Source of the DNA: Mobula hypostoma
Lineage: Eukaryota
Length of the DNA: 64,000 nt
Reading direction: 5' to 3'
Assembly: GCF_963921235.1 (NCBI RefSeq)
Contig: NC_086108.1
Coordinates: 89,158,001-89,222,000 of the forward strand
The notes below the pieces were generated by a model. That model made no database searches, was not told where the DNA came from, and saw only the letters and a program-made list of their open reading frames with translations. Shown piece by piece: positions 61,755 through 64,000 of the stretch (positions are counted from its first letter, which is position 1; each line of letters begins with the position of its first letter). Position numbers and translations under genes: made by a program.

Positions 61755-62150
61755 GGGCAGCACCATAGAGTAACGGTTAGTGTAATCCTATTACAGCGCC
61801 AGCAACCCCAGTTCATTTCCATCACTGTCTGTGAGGAGGTAGTACCCTCCCCCCGTGACTACATGAGTTTCCTCCGGGTGCACTGCTTTCCTTGCACATT
61901 CCAAACATTTACCATTTAGTAGGTTAATTGGTCACAAACGAGAGAAAATCTGCAGATGCTGGAAATCCAAGCAACACACACAAAACTGTGGAGGAACTCA
62001 GCAGGGCAGGCAGCATCTATGAAAAGAGTAGTCAACATTTCGGGCCGAAACCCTTTGGCAGGACTGGAGATCACATTAGTGTAATTAGGCAATGCAGGCT
62101 CGTTGGGCCAGAAAGGCCTGTTATCTTGCTGTATATCTATTTAAATAAAT
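61755..62150 (+). mobile_element. V-SINE-like SINE interrupted by a PLE pseudo-LTR (61936-62069, minus)
   Basis: A box TAGAGTAACGG, B box AGTTCATTTCC, core tttcctccgggtgcactgctttcc; resumes after the PLE with gggccagaaaggcctgtt; flanks GGTCACA/GATCACA. Confidence 0.78.
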
Positions 62151-62329
62151 TTACCTTTTCTATACAGATTACAGTCTTCATTGAAAGGTCACCCTTTGAC
62201 CTACCATGGTTGGCATGGACACACCGGGCTGTATTACTCTGGGACTCTAAATGATCCACTGGAGATCCAAGATATAAGAGTGGTGAATCATTGCCACAGG
62301 TCGCTGCGGCAGCCAAGTCTTTACATATA

Positions 62330-62500
62330 TTTACTGCAGAGGTCAATGGATTCTTGATTAGTCAGGGCATGAAGTAATTATGGGGGATTGGAGCTCAGCG
62401 GGAATATGGATCAGCCAGCGATGATGAAATGGTGGAGCAGACTCGATTGGCCAAATGGCTTAATTCTGCGCCTATATCTCATGGTCTAACTGGTCTTATG
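62330..62500 (+). mobile_element. CR1 extreme 3' end
   Basis: ttcttgattagtcagggcatgaag...ggagcagactcgattggccaaatggcttaattctgc...tggtctt tail. Confidence 0.8.
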
Positions 62501-63514
62501 TTTCTGGTGTAAAGGGACCAGGTATCAAGTGTATCTGACCACCAATTTCAGTACCTGAAACCTGCTTTGAACTTATTACTGAATCCAAGTGCCCAGCGAG
62601 AACCTCAGTATATTCTGTATTTATGTACAATGTATAAATGTGGGGTTAAGATTATGATCTAGCTGGCGTCCCCAGACTACACCCCTCCTTCAAACAGCTA
62701 CGTCAATGAAACCCAGCTCACTGTTTCCAGCATTATTTCTCTGACTTTGATGATAAGGTCTGATAAAAACAAATCACCACAGAGCTATACACAGTTAACT
62801 ATATTGCTTTAACACTTCAATACTTTGTCCAAACTCAGTTCAACTTTAATCTATTAATTAATTAAATACAAACCACAATGAAGCAGCTATCTATTAATGC
62901 TCTCCTCCCTTCCTGATATGCTTATTGAGTAATTTATTTCTCTATCAGCCTCTCAAGTGAAATCCATGAAACTACTGTTTGTGCTCAGCATGTCGTTTAT
63001 TCCTGAGCCAACCTGTTCTCATGACTGGTGCTAAATAGTCCTGGCATGGCCCTGTTTCTCAGAAGGTACGGATAACTTCTACAGGGAATTGATTTCAAAG
63101 TTAACTCTTTACTGCAACAGATGATAGATGCTAACCCTTCTGAAGGTAAGGTGATTTTTTTTGTTCCAGATAAATACATGTATATTTATGTTACAGCCGA
63201 TGCCTAGAAATTGGATTACACGTTTTAAATCACAAGGATACAGAAGTATTCCTGAATGTAGTGCTACTGGAAAGCTGGGACCCCCTCAGAAATGCCAGAA
63301 AGCAAATTAGCTAGAAACAAATGTGCAGCAGAGTTAGATTGTTTTGTGCTAACATGCTGTATAAAATTATGAGAAGCAAAGCTAAGCTGGATGGTCGTAG
63401 TCTCTTTCCTAGGGTAGGGGAGTCTAAAACTAGAAGACATAGCTGTAAGTAAGAGACAAATCATTTAAAAATACCCAGGGGCCAACCTTTTAACACTGTA
63501 TGTGGTGGACATTT

Positions 63515-64000
63515 AGAACATAGAACTTAGAACAGTACAGTACAGGGACAGACCATTTGGCCAACAATTTTGTGCTGTACCAGCTAGGAAGCAAATCAGA
63601 GATACCTAAATTCTAATCCCTCGTACCTACACAATGTTCATATCCCTCCATTGTACTTACGTCTATGTGTCTGCCCAAACGTCTCTTAAAAGCCTCGAGT
63701 GGATTTGCCTCTTCCACCATAAATGGCAGCGCATTCCACACATTCACCATTCTGAGTAAAAAACTTAGCCCTCACGTCTCTTTGAACCTACCCCCTTCAC
63801 CTTCAATGCATGCCCTCTGGTATTAGACATTTCAACCCGGGGAAACAGATACTCCCGTCTGCTCTATTCATGCCTCTCATAATTTTATAAACCTCTATTA
63901 AATATCCACTCAGCCTCCTGTGCTCCAGAGAAAGCCCAGTCTTTCATGATAGCACATGCCCTCTAAACCAGGAAGCATCCTGGTGATTCTCATCTGCACC
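63515..64000 (-). mobile_element. CR1 3' fragment running off the window end
   Basis: tagaacatagaac tail and reverse complement of the CR1 C-terminus (ccctctaaaccaggaagcatcctgg). Confidence 0.85.

Overview
This is eukaryotic, repeat-saturated vertebrate DNA. I see no recognisable host protein-coding gene, rRNA/tRNA gene or CRISPR array. The repeat set (CR1 LINEs with an esterase ORF1, Rex1/Babar LINEs, Neptune-type Penelope-like elements [PLEs], V-SINE/HE1-like SINEs, Gypsy LTR elements, Tc1/mariner and hAT MITEs) suggests a cartilaginous fish, possibly a ray; this is inference only. Nearly every ORF in the track is a transposon remnant or a chance frame. The window reads as a nested record of insertions, and many target-site duplications (TSDs) are still legible. 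The most notable signals are: (1) minimal hammerhead ribozyme motifs in about a dozen PLE pseudo-LTRs, one with an intact core at 7641-7676; (2) four ~190-250 bp fold-back PLE mini-elements with 10-15 bp TSDs, one carrying two back-to-back hammerheads; (3) a Tf1/sushi-type Gypsy with an 11-nt self-priming signature, a duplicated integrase-tail+LTR block and a 19-bp minisatellite with 57-bp higher-order structure inside gag; (4) a 615-bp palindromic mariner MITE with five TIR copies; (5) a non-coding RTE/Vingi-like retroposon with a possible decayed HDV-like ribozyme. Family names come from motif recognition by eye, not database searches, and boundaries of old fragments are approximate.
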